Numbered from the stretch's first letter, positions 14,430-26,719 are shown. The stretch: 64,000 nucleotides of DNA from Octopus vulgaris (GCA_951406725.2 OX597827.1:32674001-32738000), one strand, 5' to 3'. The notes: generated by a model not told the origin, from the letters alone. A program made the numbers and translations.

Positions 14430-15644
14430 TTCGACGTCAGCATGGGTGCTAACGACTCTGCTGAAATAAGTGACCTAGTGGGCCTTTTTCATCCTCCATA
14501 GGCTGAAAACCCTATTCACAGGCCTCTCCGGTGGTCTTTACCGAGATGACGGCCTTTTCGCCCTCCACAATATAAACCCCAGGACCACGGATGGGTTCCG
14601 GAAAAATCTTCACACCTTCTTTAAAAACTTAGGCCTTAGGATTACCCTAGAATCCAACTTAACAAAGGCTAACTTCCTCGATGTCACCCTCGACTTAAAA
14701 ACCTCACTTTATTACCCGTACCACAAACCAAATGAATCCCTTAGATATATAGATATCAATTCCAACCACCCCAAAAATATATTAGATAACCTAGTAAAAA
14801 GTGTCTCAATTAGAATCTCTAGCCTGTCCGCCACGGAAGATATCTTTAAGGCCGCAGCCCCCTATTACAACGAGGCCCTGGCCCGCAGTGGTTTTAAAGA
14901 TAAGATTACCTACACTAGTATAGCCCCACGCCAACCCAGGAAAAATAGACGAAGACACATTAGCTGGTACAACCCCCCTTCAACCGTGAGGTCGCTACAC
15001 CTGTAGCTAAGATCTTTTTCACTCTCCTACAGAAACACTTCCCCACCCAACATAAGTACTACACTATCCTAAATAAGAACACTATTAGACTCTCCTACTC
15101 TACCACGCCCAATCTAGCCAGGAACCTAGCCAACAACAATGTGAAAAAACTTAACATATCTACTTTCTCCGGGGCCCATCCAACGTCCGATAGCAGTTGC
15201 AACTGCCATGATAAAACCACCTGCCCCCTCAACAACAACTGCCTACAGAGGGACCTAGTATATAAATGCGAGGTAAGATCAGGCCTTGACGATAAAAGTA
15301 AATCCTACATTGGAATGACGTCAAACAGCTTTAAGACCCGCTGGTACGCACACACACACTCGTTCCGGCGACAGGATAAATCCAACCAAACTACCCTCGC
15401 CGCCCACATCTGGTACCTTAAAAGGAACTCAATCCCCTTCAAGACCAAGTGGAAACTACTACAGAAGGCGCGCTCGTACACAGGAGGACATACCTGCTGT
15501 GACCTATGCATATCAGAGAGCCTAGAGATCTTGTTCGCCAAAGGCCCTCTCCTTAACAAATTTTCAGAACACTCCCCAAATTGCATGCATAAGAAGTATG
15601 CGAACTACAAGAACTATAGACCTACCCGGCAACCTGATTTATGA
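14430..15644 (+). pseudogene. PLE reverse transcriptase (C-terminal half) plus GIY-YIG endonuclease
   Basis: Manual translation: FDVSMGANDSAEISDLVGLFIL..GLYRDDGL (YRDD 14539-14550)..NFLDVTLDL..SNHPK..WYNPPFN..CNCHDKTTCPL..LVYKC..SYIGMT..FKTRW..CDLCISE..LLN. Two compensating frameshifts in homopolymers (T run 14485-14489, C run 14973-14978); no internal stop in the joined frame. Confidence 0.92.
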
Positions 15645-16555
15645 CAACCCCCCCTACAACCCCCCCCAACCCCACTGTTCCCCTAGCACCCCCGATTACC
15701 TTTTCTCCTAAGACCTTTCACATATTGTATGTGCACGCTTGTATATGTGTATCGTATGTATGTATATATGTATAGAAATGCATGGGTACAGTAGGAATAT
15801 ACGCATGTATTATGTGTGTGTGTGTGTATGTATGCATGTAAAAATATATATATATGTATATATATTTGCATATATGTATGTGTATATGTATGTGTATATG
15901 TATATGTATGTGCTTGTATGTGTGTGTGTGTGTATATATGTATATGTGTTTGTATGTATATGTGTATATACGTATATGCATATGTATGTGTAAATGTATG
16001 TGTTTATGTTTGTTTATGTATGTGTATGTATGTATAAAATATTATATAATTAGGGCTTAGTAAAATAAAATAAATTACTTTGCCACATACTAAACTTTCT
16101 AGAAATAGCAGCCAATAAAGCTTTTTAGCCTCTTCCACTACTTAGAGAATTTTTTTCCCTCTAACATTGTTTACACAAAATAATAATGGTCCCTTTACAT
16201 ACTGAATACTTGGTGAAATTGATTAATAACTAATTAACTTTACCCTCCCTTGTTGATATATATATATATGTATATGTGTGCATGTATGAATATATGTGTG
16301 TGTGTGTATGTGTGTATGTATGTATTTGTATATGTGTGTGTATATGTATGTGTGCGCGTGTGTGTGTATGTATGTGTATGTATATTTGTATATGTATATG
16401 CATGTATATATATGTGTGTGTATATGTGTATTATGTATGTATTTATATAGATATGTAATTTATATATATATGTATGTATATGCATCTGTCTGTGTGTGTA
16501 TGTGTATATATGTGTATCATTATTGCGTATGTATACATGTATATGTGTATATGTA

Positions 16556-16620
<65 letters not shown>

Positions 16621-16703
16621 ATGTACATGTATATATATATGTGTGTATATATATATATGTTTATATGTGAGTATGTAGAGATATAAGTATATGCATGTGT
16701 ATA

Positions 16704-16736
<33 letters not shown>

Positions 16737-16748
16737 GTATGGGTATGT

Positions 16749-16941
16749 GTATCAGTGTATATGTATATGTATATATGTATGTGTGTGTGTATGTATATGT
16801 ATGTATATGTGTGTGTGTATATATGTATGTGTATATGTGTATATATGTATGTGTATATGTGTATATATGTGTATATATATATATGTATGTATGTGTATGT
16901 GTATGTATGTGTATGTGTGTATGTGTGTATGTATATGTATG

Positions 16942-16983
<42 letters not shown>

Positions 16984-17480
16984 TATATGAGTGCGCGCGT
17001 GTGTATGTATGCATATATGTATGTATGCATGTATATGTGTATGTATATATATGTGTGTAAGTGTGTGCATATATGTATATGTAAGTATGTGTGCGTGTAT
17101 GAGTATGTATGTATGCTTGCACACGTGTATATATGTGTGTGTGTGTATATATATGGATGCGCGTGCGTGTGTGCACGTGTATGGGTACGCATGTATATGT
17201 GTATGTGCGTGTATGTGTATGTATGCATATATGTATGTATGCATGTATATGTGTATGTATATAGGTGTGTAAGTGTGTGCATATATGTATATGTAAGTAT
17301 GTGTGCGTGTATGAGTATGTATGTATGCTTGCACACGTGTATATATGTGTGTGTGTGTATATATATGGATGCACGTGCGTGTGTGCACGTGTATGGGTAC
17401 GCATGTATATGTGAATGTGCGTGTATGTGTATACGTGTATGTATGTATGTGTGTGCGTATATTTGTATATGTATGTGTGA

Positions 17481-17515
<35 letters not shown>

Positions 17516-17717
17516 TGGGGGTGTGTGTATGCGTATAAATGCATGTAAGTATGGATGTATGGATGTATGTATGTATGTATACGTATGTATGTGTTTGTGT
17601 GTATATGTATGTATGTGTGTGTATGTGTGTATATATATATATATGTGTGTATATATCTTTGTGTATGTATATATATGTGTATGTATGTGTGTGTATATAT
17701 ATGTGTGTATGTGTATG

Positions 17718-17773
<56 letters not shown>

Positions 17774-18162
17774 TATGTATCTGTATGTAGGAGTATATGT
17801 GTGTGTGTGTATGTATATGTGTATATATATATATATGTATATTTATTGGTGTATATGTATAGACTAGCCTCCTAAAGTGTAGACACGAATCTGTAGGTAC
17901 GAGTACGTATGTGTATATACGTGAACGTATGTAGATGTTTGTATGTATGAATATAACGCGTGCGTACGTGTATGTGTATGAGTGTACGAATGGGCGAATG
18001 TACGTGCTAATGAGTGTGCGTGCGGGAATGAGTACTTGCCTTCTAGTAGACAGACAAATGGACATGCTGCCATAGCCAGGATCCTTAGCTCTAGCGATCA
18101 AAGATAACAAAAGTAATAAATGAAGATAATAAAATTAAAATTAGGGAATGGGCCTGTATTGG

Positions 18163-18207
<45 letters not shown>

Positions 18208-18647
18208 GTGTATGTGTAGGTATGTATAGGTACACATGTGTATGTGTGTGTGTATGTATATGTGTATATGTATGTATGTATGCACACATGTATATATATG
18301 TATGCGTGTATATGTATATATATGTATATATATATATATATATATGTACATATGTGTATGTGGGTGTATGTATATATAGGTGTAAATATGTGTATATAGG
18401 GAACTAGGTGTGTTGTGTGTGCATGAGTGTATGTGCGTATGAATATATATTTTTCTGTGTATATATTTATGTGTGGTCGTGGGTATATATATACATGTGT
18501 GTATGCGTGCATGCATGGGAGTGAGTGTATGCATATATACGTGTGTGTATGTGTAGACAGGTATATGCATGTGCATGTGTATAAATTTGTATATGTGGGC
18601 GGGTGTATGTATGTGTGTATGTAGATATGTATGTATATGTGTATATA

Positions 18648-18708
<61 letters not shown>

Positions 18709-19112
18709 GTGTGTAGATACGTATACATATGTGTATAGGTATAAGTGAGAATCTCCTTATTTACCTATAACTCTATCCCCCCTTTTTTTATATATATATT
18801 TTTTTATATATATATATATTTTTTATATATATTTTTTATTTTTTTATTTTTTTATTTATTTTTTTATTTTTTTATTTTTTTATTTTTTTTTATTTATCTA
18901 TTCTTTCATCTAACTTACCACTGACTCCTTGACCACTCCCCCAAGTATGATATTTTGCGCTATGCCTACCCCCAAAAAAGTCCCCCACCACCACTCCTTT
19001 AAACCTGCCTAAATGTATAAATGCTAATACAATTCTTGTTAAATAGCTTCCTGAAGATTTCTCTTGAATGAAACAGTACTAGTCCTGTAGAAGCTCCTTC
19101 TATATAATAAAT
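16749..19112 (+). repeat. Right arm of 2.36 kb inverted repeat (PLE 3' region)
   Basis: Reverse complement of 12056-14416; differs mainly in (TA)n lengths and a few substitutions. Confidence 0.95.
19045..19095 (+). ncRNA. Type I hammerhead ribozyme at the PLE 3' end
   Basis: AGCUUC-CUGAAGA-U-UUC(UCUU)GAA-U-GAAA-CAG(UACUAGUC)CUG-UA^GAAGCU: 6-bp helix I, intact core, predicted cleavage between 19089 and 19090. Confidence 0.85.
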
Positions 19113-19184
19113 TAATTTTACTCTGCTATGTATTGAGTACCTTACTTACTGTGGTTAACCCCGAATCAACCCGGGACCTACATA

Positions 19185-19241
<57 letters not shown>

Positions 19242-19269
19242 GTATATATATATATATATAAATACATAC

Positions 19270-19313
<44 letters not shown>

Positions 19314-19802
19314 ATATATATGTATGTATTTATGTATGTATATATATATATGTATGTATTTATGTATGTATATATATATGTATGTATATATATATATGTA
19401 TGTATTTATGTATGTATATATATATATGTATATATATATATATGTATGTATTTATGTATGTATATATATATATGTATGTATATATATATGTATGTATAGA
19501 TATATGTATGTATATATATATATATATGTATGTATGTATATAGGTATGTATGTATGTATATATATGTATGTATAACTTAACTTAGAATAACTTAGAAAGG
19601 TTTTGGCCAGTATTGGCCTAGGCCTTGTCTAACTTAATAGCACCACCTGGCTAATAGCACCACCTGTATGTATGTATATGTATGTATGTATATATATATG
19701 TATGTATGTATGTATATGTATGTATATGTATGTATGTATGTATGTATGTATATTTGTAAGTATGTATGTATGTATATTTGTAAGCATGTATGTGTGTCTA
19801 AA

Positions 19803-19845
<43 letters not shown>

Positions 19846-20617
19846 TATGTAGATAAAGAGAAAAACATACAACGTGTGTGTGTATATAACTATGCATATT
19901 ACATGTGAATGTGTGGGAGCGGGCGTGCATGTATGTATTTATACTAACGTGTGTATTTATGTACATGTGTACATAAATATGCTTTTATGTAAAAGCCGAC
20001 ACCCAGACTAAACACTCAAACTTTGAAGCAGTTTGACTAGTGCCATACACGAAACTGTCGAGTCCCGAGTCACTTTGTGACTTCTGTTAAAAATATATAT
20101 ATATATATATATACTCAGTTTTATTTATTTTATTTGTACAGAAATACGTAAATGCAGTATATTTGTAAGCATGTATGTGTGTGTAAATTGCTATATGTAT
20201 ATATGAGTATGTGTGTGCGTGTGTGTGTGTGTAGTATGTAGATAAAGATAGAAAAACATATAATGTATATGTGTGTATGTGTATGTGTGTCTGTGACAGA
20301 TCCAATTCATCACTGGAACTGTAAAAATCTGTAAAACTTTCCAAAAGTTTATCATTTAGATATATATGAGCATGTCTAGATATGCAACTATATGCATGAG
20401 AAGACATACATAAAACATACAAATCTTCATATTTGCATACATACATACATACATACATACATACAAACAAAAATTCCCTGTTGTTGATGTTGGAATTCCA
20501 ATGAAAGAAACTTGAATCTAGGTTAGAAACCGGCTCTTTCTCTGTTGGTAAGAAATCTCAAAATAAAACTAAACAATGACATACACACAAACACACACAC
20601 ATATTCAGTGTATATGT

Positions 20618-20778
20618 ACGAGATGGTAGCGAAAAGTTCTTGGTTTTAGGTTAGAGAAAATACAGGAGGATCAGTTAATTATGATTTTACTCAACATATT
20701 CCCCTCTCAGATTCACACAGTGCTTCTTCACAGCCCTCGCGACCCCCTTTAAAGCCAGGAACTTTTCAGTACCCTACT
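20618..20778. mobile_element. Mariner-type MITE, degenerate; same family as 60421-60637
   Basis: TACGAG..GAAAAGTTCTTGG and CCAGGAACTTTTCAG termini; shared CAGTTAATTATGATTTTA body. Confidence 0.65.
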
Positions 20779-20869
20779 TTTTTCCGTGGAGTTTATATGT
20801 CCCACTATTAGATTAATTGCCATAGTCAATGCGCGGTGATCGCTTATAAGCTTTAATCTTATAAAATAT

Positions 20870-21028
20870 TTATTTCTTTATTGCCCACAGGGGACTAAAC
20901 ATAGAGGGCAGAAACAAAGGGATTAAGTCGATTACATCGACTCAGTGCATAACTGGTACTTATTTAATGCGGAATTTGAACTCAGAATGTAGCGGCAGAC
21001 GAAATACGGCACGCATTTCGCCCGGCGT
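20870..21028 (-). mobile_element. SINE family B, long-tail variant (internally deleted)
   Basis: Family B head; tail reads ATGTTTAGTCCCCTGTGGGCAATAAAGAAA on minus strand. Confidence 0.7.
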
Positions 21029-21408
21029 GCAGTCGTGTTTGTTTATTCGTGAACAAGATATCTCAAGAACCACATAATGGATTCAGATGAAACATTCAGG
21101 GATGTTTGGCCTCGTGACTGGCACGAACTGATTAAAGTTTGGGATAGATCCAGTACCTGACAAGGATTCTGGGTTATTTTTCCTGTTGTTTCACTTGATT
21201 TTTGAGACCAGTCGGGTTCATTTTTATTATTCTTGTTTGTGAGAGCAGTTGAGTTTATTTCAGATATTCTCATTTTAAAAATCATCTCCGGCTAATCGTT
21301 GAGAGGACGTTGGTGTTGCGTTGGCGGAGATTTGCTATCTTTGAGTGCTCTTGTTATTATTATATTATTTACAGAAGTGGAAAATCGGTACTGCTTACCA
21401 AATAATGG

Positions 21409-21447
<39 letters not shown>

Positions 21448-21513
21448 AATACATATGCAGTAAATATGTAAATAATGTACTGACGGCACCCACACGTATC
21501 TATATAGTAATGC

Positions 21514-21564
<51 letters not shown>

Positions 21565-21746
21565 GTGCTGTGGGGGGGGGCGGCACCGACCGTTGAGCGG
21601 CGATTGGTTTATATTAGTTCCGTTAACTTCTTCCTCGAAACCTATCCTCCGCTTTATCTTTACCCTTCCGTCATATTCACATACCTACATGCAGACATGT
21701 GAGCATATATACATACATACGTGTGTATATGTGTGTATACATATAC

Positions 21747-21779
<33 letters not shown>

Positions 21780-21844
21780 TATATATGCTTATATATACAT
21801 ATATATATATGAATATATATATGTATATATTCTTTTATTCTTTT

Positions 21845-22047
21845 GTTTGTTTCAGTCATTTAACTGTGGCCATGCTGGAGCACCGCCTTTAGTCGAGCAA
21901 ATCGACCCCAGGACTTATTCTTTGTAAGCCTAGTACTTATTCTATCGGTCTCTCTTGCCGAACCGCTAGGTTACGGAGACCTAAACACACCAGCATCGGT
22001 TGTCAAGCGATATTGGGGAGACAAACACAGATACACAAACACACACG

Positions 22048-22116
<69 letters not shown>

Positions 22117-22234
22117 GACGGGCTTCTTTCAGTTTCCGTCTACCAAATCCACTCACAAGGCTTTGCTCGGCCCGAGGCTATAGTAGAAGACACTTGCCCA
22201 AGGTGCCACGCGGTGGGACTGAACCCGAAACCAT
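21845..22234 (-). mobile_element. SINE family A
   Basis: Reverse complement of family A body. Confidence 0.88.
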
Positions 22235-22252
22235 AGCAGCAAAAATATCACA

Positions 22253-22353
22253 AAAACTGTTACTTAGAGTTTCACGTTCCCGTTCGTTGGACAGTTCTGT
22301 TTAGATTCTAAACAAAACTGTCCGATGATCGTGAAACTCTAAGTAACAGTTTT
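22253..22353. repeat. ~100 bp fold-back with a hammerhead-like motif in each arm
   Basis: AAAACTGTTACTTAGAGTTTCACG ... CGTGAAACTCTAAGTAACAGTTTT; arms read AACUGU-CC(G/A)A(U/C)GA-..-GAAAC(UCUAA)GUA-ACAGUU. Confidence 0.75.
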
Positions 22354-22369
22354 ACTGATCGTTATTTAC

Positions 22370-22678
22370 ATTATTTACGTTTGACGGATGTTCGTCCTCA
22401 TCTTGTTTGCTGTTAAAACAACGTTTCGGCTGATGTACCCTCCAGCCTTCATCAGGTGTCTTGAGGAAATTTCGAACCTAAGGTATTTTTCGATGTTATT
22501 ATTATACCTTAGGAATTTCATTCCTAAGGTATTTTTCGATGTTGTTATTATTATCATTATTATCATTATTATCATTATTATTATTATTATTATTATTATC
22601 ATTCAAGTCACTGCCTGGAATCGAACTCGGAATCTTGGGGTTAGTAGCCCGCGCTCTTAACCACTACGCCATATGCCC
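22370..22678 (-). mobile_element. tRNA-headed SINE-like element containing a minimal hammerhead
   Basis: Head 22678-22604 (A-box TGGCGTAGTGG, B-box GAGTTCGATTCC), (AAT)n spacer, body with HHR at 22460-22415; body recurs at about 28270-28390, 34375-34498 and 57055-57185. Confidence 0.7.
22415..22460 (-). ncRNA. Minimal type I hammerhead (AACGUU palindrome in place of helix III)
   Basis: GACAC-CUGAUGA-A-GGCUG(GAGGGUACAU)CAGCC-GAAAC-GUU^GUUUU; one helix I mismatch in this copy. Confidence 0.75.
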
Positions 22679-22974
22679 ACGGGTGTGGATAGGTACAGAC
22701 ATGGCTGTGTAGCTCCACAACCGCATGGTCTTGAGTTCAGTCCCAAAGTGGGCAAGTGCCTTGTGGGTTGATTTGGATTGAGAGGAACCGAAAGCAACCT
22801 CTGTGTGTATGCGTGTGTGTGTAAATGTGTGCATACATTATCACATGTTCGTGATGTCCACTGAAAATATCATTATTACGCGTTTACCGTTATTCATTGC
22901 TGTTATCACGTTTCCGTTCTTAATACAGTCTACTTGCCTTTCTTATCATCTTACGGGTTTTGTGTTTACATGTC

Positions 22975-23275
22975 AGACTTGTTCGCCAAAATCTCAACAA
23001 ACGTCAACTGCATTTGCTAGCAGAACAAGAGAATTCCCTGTTCTGTGGGCCGAGACGCGGGTAGCGCTAGCGAGGAAGAACTCAAATATCGGTAATTTCA
23101 CACTCATAACTGTGCAAAACACACAGTTTAAGATTCTGACTAAAGTGCTCACGAAGTGTTTCGCATTTGCCAACTGTAGTTTCATCGAGGACGTACAGAA
23201 CCTGCGCTATTCGTGACAGATCTATTGACGACAATCTCCACCTCATGATAAATACATCGTAAAAAGAATGGTCGA
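22975..23275 (+). pseudogene. L1/Tx1-clade LINE RT fragment
   Basis: GNFTLITVQNTQFKILTKVLTK..EDVQ..RSIDDNLHLM resembles the RPITLLN.D.KIL.K.L / GRSI.DN motifs; degenerate. Confidence 0.7.
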
Positions 23276-24903
23276 CAAACTTGGTTTCTTGAGACTAAAG
23301 AAATAATTTAATGTAAGCTGCTCGTTTCCGTATTTGTAAAATTATTGGATAATTATTTTTCTCAGCACATAAGTGGCCTCCACAGGCTCTGATGAACTGA
23401 CAGTTCTTCCTTGCTACGGAAAAGGTTCCCCACATCTTGACTAAACTAACCATACTTTCAATAATAAACAAATTTTTATTCCATCTCATTTCGTTTTATT
23501 TTATTTTGGAGTATTTTGAAAACTTTCTTGGGTTATTTGGAAGAACGGCGGATTACTAAAATAGGTAAATCATCGGAGAAATTATTCTTATGCTGTATTC
23601 AGTTACTTCCCTTTACGTTTGATATTAAGAACCATTAAGTGCGACTTCGTCTTTTATCCTTCCGGTCTCGATATAGTAAAGAGCCAGTTGGTGGCATCGA
23701 CTGTATCATTACTATAAATTTCAACTGATAGGGTTGTGCATATTCTAGAAATGAATATTTGGATGTTATCCAGATATTAATGAAATGATATCATTATGTC
23801 TGAGGATGCCGGGTCCTAACCGAGTTTTGTATATGAAACATGAATTCCTCAGATATTTGCCGAGTGATAGCCACATTTCTCATTCTGAAGGAGTGGAAGG
23901 CTCAGCGGAAATCTGAACTAAGACCTCAAATATTTTGCACTGTTTAGTTTCGCTGATTGTATGGGGTACTCTTTGGCCCATTACTTGATCTAACACAGCA
24001 GCTAGCCCTTAGGCGTTCTTATTTAAAATGTTTTGGCAGAGTCCACTCTGTTTCGTTGCTTACGTGGAGTAGACTTCAACTCATCGCTTAATCTAACACC
24101 ATGGACGTATCGAGCTGCCAAGTCCTAGAATCGATCCCACGATCTTATGACCGTGAGCCGGCCGCACTAACCAGGCACCTTCGCACTAAAGATTCTTTTA
24201 CATCTATAACCACAATCACGGAAACCACCAATATCACCACCATCACCAGCAGCAGCACAACCACCACCACAATGGCTGTCAGTACAGACTCCCACTACCA
24301 CCATTCCCATCATTACCATGTCCATCACATTACTACTACCAGCGCCACCACCATCAACAGTACAACTACCAGTACCATGACTCCCACCACCATCACTCCC
24401 ATCACCATCATGTCCATCACTACTACTACCAGCGCCACCACCATCACTCCCATCACTATCATGTCCATCACTACTACTACCATCACCACCACAACCATTA
24501 CTACAAGTACCACCACCACTACCACCGATACCATCGCCATCACTGCCACTACCACCGACAGTGAGCGCTGTATTACAACGATGACCCTTTGATGAGGAAT
24601 CCATCCTTTGTAAACTGACGGAAATGGTTGATTTCTTTTGTAATCACAACCAGAATCTGACAAATCCTGTTTATGTGTTTTATCATTTCTGCTTTGTGAA
24701 GCAAAAAAAAAAAAGTCATCACCCCCTCCCCCGGCCACCCACCAATCTTTTGATTTTTGAGACCAACGATTTCTTAATGCAAAGTTAAACATCATTAAAG
24801 AATTACTGCAAAAGTGCTTTATGGAAATGGTAATACCTCGAAGCAATTATTTTCAATCGTTTATTTTCTATTATTATTAAGACTATCATCATCGTCGTCG
24901 TCG

Positions 24904-24955
<52 letters not shown>

Positions 24956-25005
24956 TATCATTATTATTATAATTATTATTATTATTATTATTATTATCAT
25001 TATCA

Positions 25006-25043
<38 letters not shown>

Positions 25044-25046
25044 GTT

Positions 25047-25094
<48 letters not shown>

Positions 25095-25377
25095 GGTTTC
25101 GAAGACAAAATGAATTTTCAACTTTAATTGTTACAAACTCAAATTTTCATTAAATTCGATTTGTTTCTTATTTAATTGTATTTTATTTTATCTTGTTTTT
25201 CTTATTAACCAAGATTTAGCATTTTTCATTTATTTGTTTATATATGTGTGGGTGGGTGTGTGAGTGGGTGTGTATGTGAGTGTGTGTGTGTGCGTGTGTG
25301 TGTGTGCATGTGTGTATGTAAATGTATATATATGTGTATGTAAATGTATATATATGTGTGTATATATATATTTACAT

Positions 25378-25414
<37 letters not shown>

Positions 25415-25428
25415 TATATATATATATA

Positions 25429-25536
<108 letters not shown>

Positions 25537-25728
25537 TGCAGGTGTGGCTTTGTGGTAAGAAACTTGTTTTCCAATCACATGGTTTCAGGTTCAGTCCAAT
25601 CAGTCCAACCGCGTGGGACCTTCGGCAGGTGTTTTCTTCTATAGCCCCGAGCCGACCATGTTTGTAGATTTGGTAGACAGAAACTGAATGAAGCTCGTCG
25701 TATGTGTGTGTGTGTGTAAATATATATA

Positions 25729-25794
<66 letters not shown>

Positions 25795-25797
<3 letters not shown>

Positions 25798-26020
25798 CAA
25801 AATATTCTATAATTATATACATAATTATAATCAGGGATCAGCTAAATGCCTCGCCACGTACTGAATTAGAAATAGACGCTAGTGTCTTTTCAACTACCAT
25901 AAAAATCTCGAGACATGGTAGTTGAAAAGACATTAGGGTCTATTTCTAATTCAGTACGTGGCAAGGCACTCAACTGACCCCTGATTATAATTATGCATAT
26001 AATTATAGAATATTTTGTAT
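25795..26020. repeat. Fold-back palindrome, 106 bp arms, 14 nt loop
   Basis: 25795-25900 is the near-perfect reverse complement of 25915-26020; abuts (TA)n; sequence related to 16050-16245 and 46990-47315. Confidence 0.9.
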
Positions 26021-26372
26021 AATTTACCTAAAAAGGATTTTTGACATACTGACTACTTGGTAAAATTATTAATCAATTAATTAATTTTACCCTATATTAT
26101 TATTAAAATTATGTATTTATTTACTTATCAAAAGGGTACACAAGGCGCCTAACTACTAGAAAGAGGAGTTAAAACCCTCAGTTAAACCACCAATAACACT
26201 GAAAAAATTTCAGAAAAACAACAGTAGTCGGACGAACGGGTTAAATAGTTTTGACATAACAGACAGACAGCTACATATTTTGTTGTTTGGATACACATGA
26301 GTCATGAATGCAACCACCTATATTATTGTTGTTATTATCAACTGTATAAATATTGACTTCTGAACATTAACT

Positions 26373-26422
<50 letters not shown>

Positions 26423-26584
26423 ACAGTATTGGGCGAAACTACGTGGACATTCCAGACTCCGACTGAAGAAGCAATTGGCTGCGAATGATCTGTGTCTTGT
26501 TTTGTCCTGTCTGCTCTTGTTGTGGCATCGTTCTTTTCCTGCTTGTTATGTTTTGACGATTTCCGTTTGTTGTTTTTACCTTTG

Positions 26585-26626
<42 letters not shown>

Positions 26627-26719
26627 TGAGAATTTACAAAAACAAACAAACAAAAGACGAAGATAGGTACGTAAACAACAAACAGATGTATTAGTTTAAC
26701 GCACGGGAAGTTAGAAAGT

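Larger units (their letters stand above)
14417..19180 (+). mobile_element. 5'-truncated Penelope-like retroelement with C-terminal GIY-YIG endonuclease (Hydra-clade-like)
   Basis: RT-EN coding region, long low-complexity 3' region, sense-strand HHR, 3' end running into (TA)n at about 19181, inverted 3' copy at the 5' junction. Confidence 0.9.

Noticed and set aside
20490-20545. Hammerhead-like CCAATGA...GAAACCGG in the 7440/20295 repeat
   Set aside because: Core deviates in both copies and helix I cannot be formed
22604-22678. tRNA gene
   Set aside because: No convincing acceptor stem or oligo-T terminator; an ACT anticodon with a short variable arm does not fit tRNA-Ser; treated as a SINE head
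23795-23855. CTGAGGA...GAAAC hammerhead candidate
   Set aside because: No helix II or cleavage triplet; only a short TCTGAGGA/TCCTCAGA inverted repeat
24101-24592. Thr-rich mucin-like ORF
   Set aside because: Degenerate ACC/ACT/ATC trinucleotide tract, open on both strands and starting in a SINE-like relic
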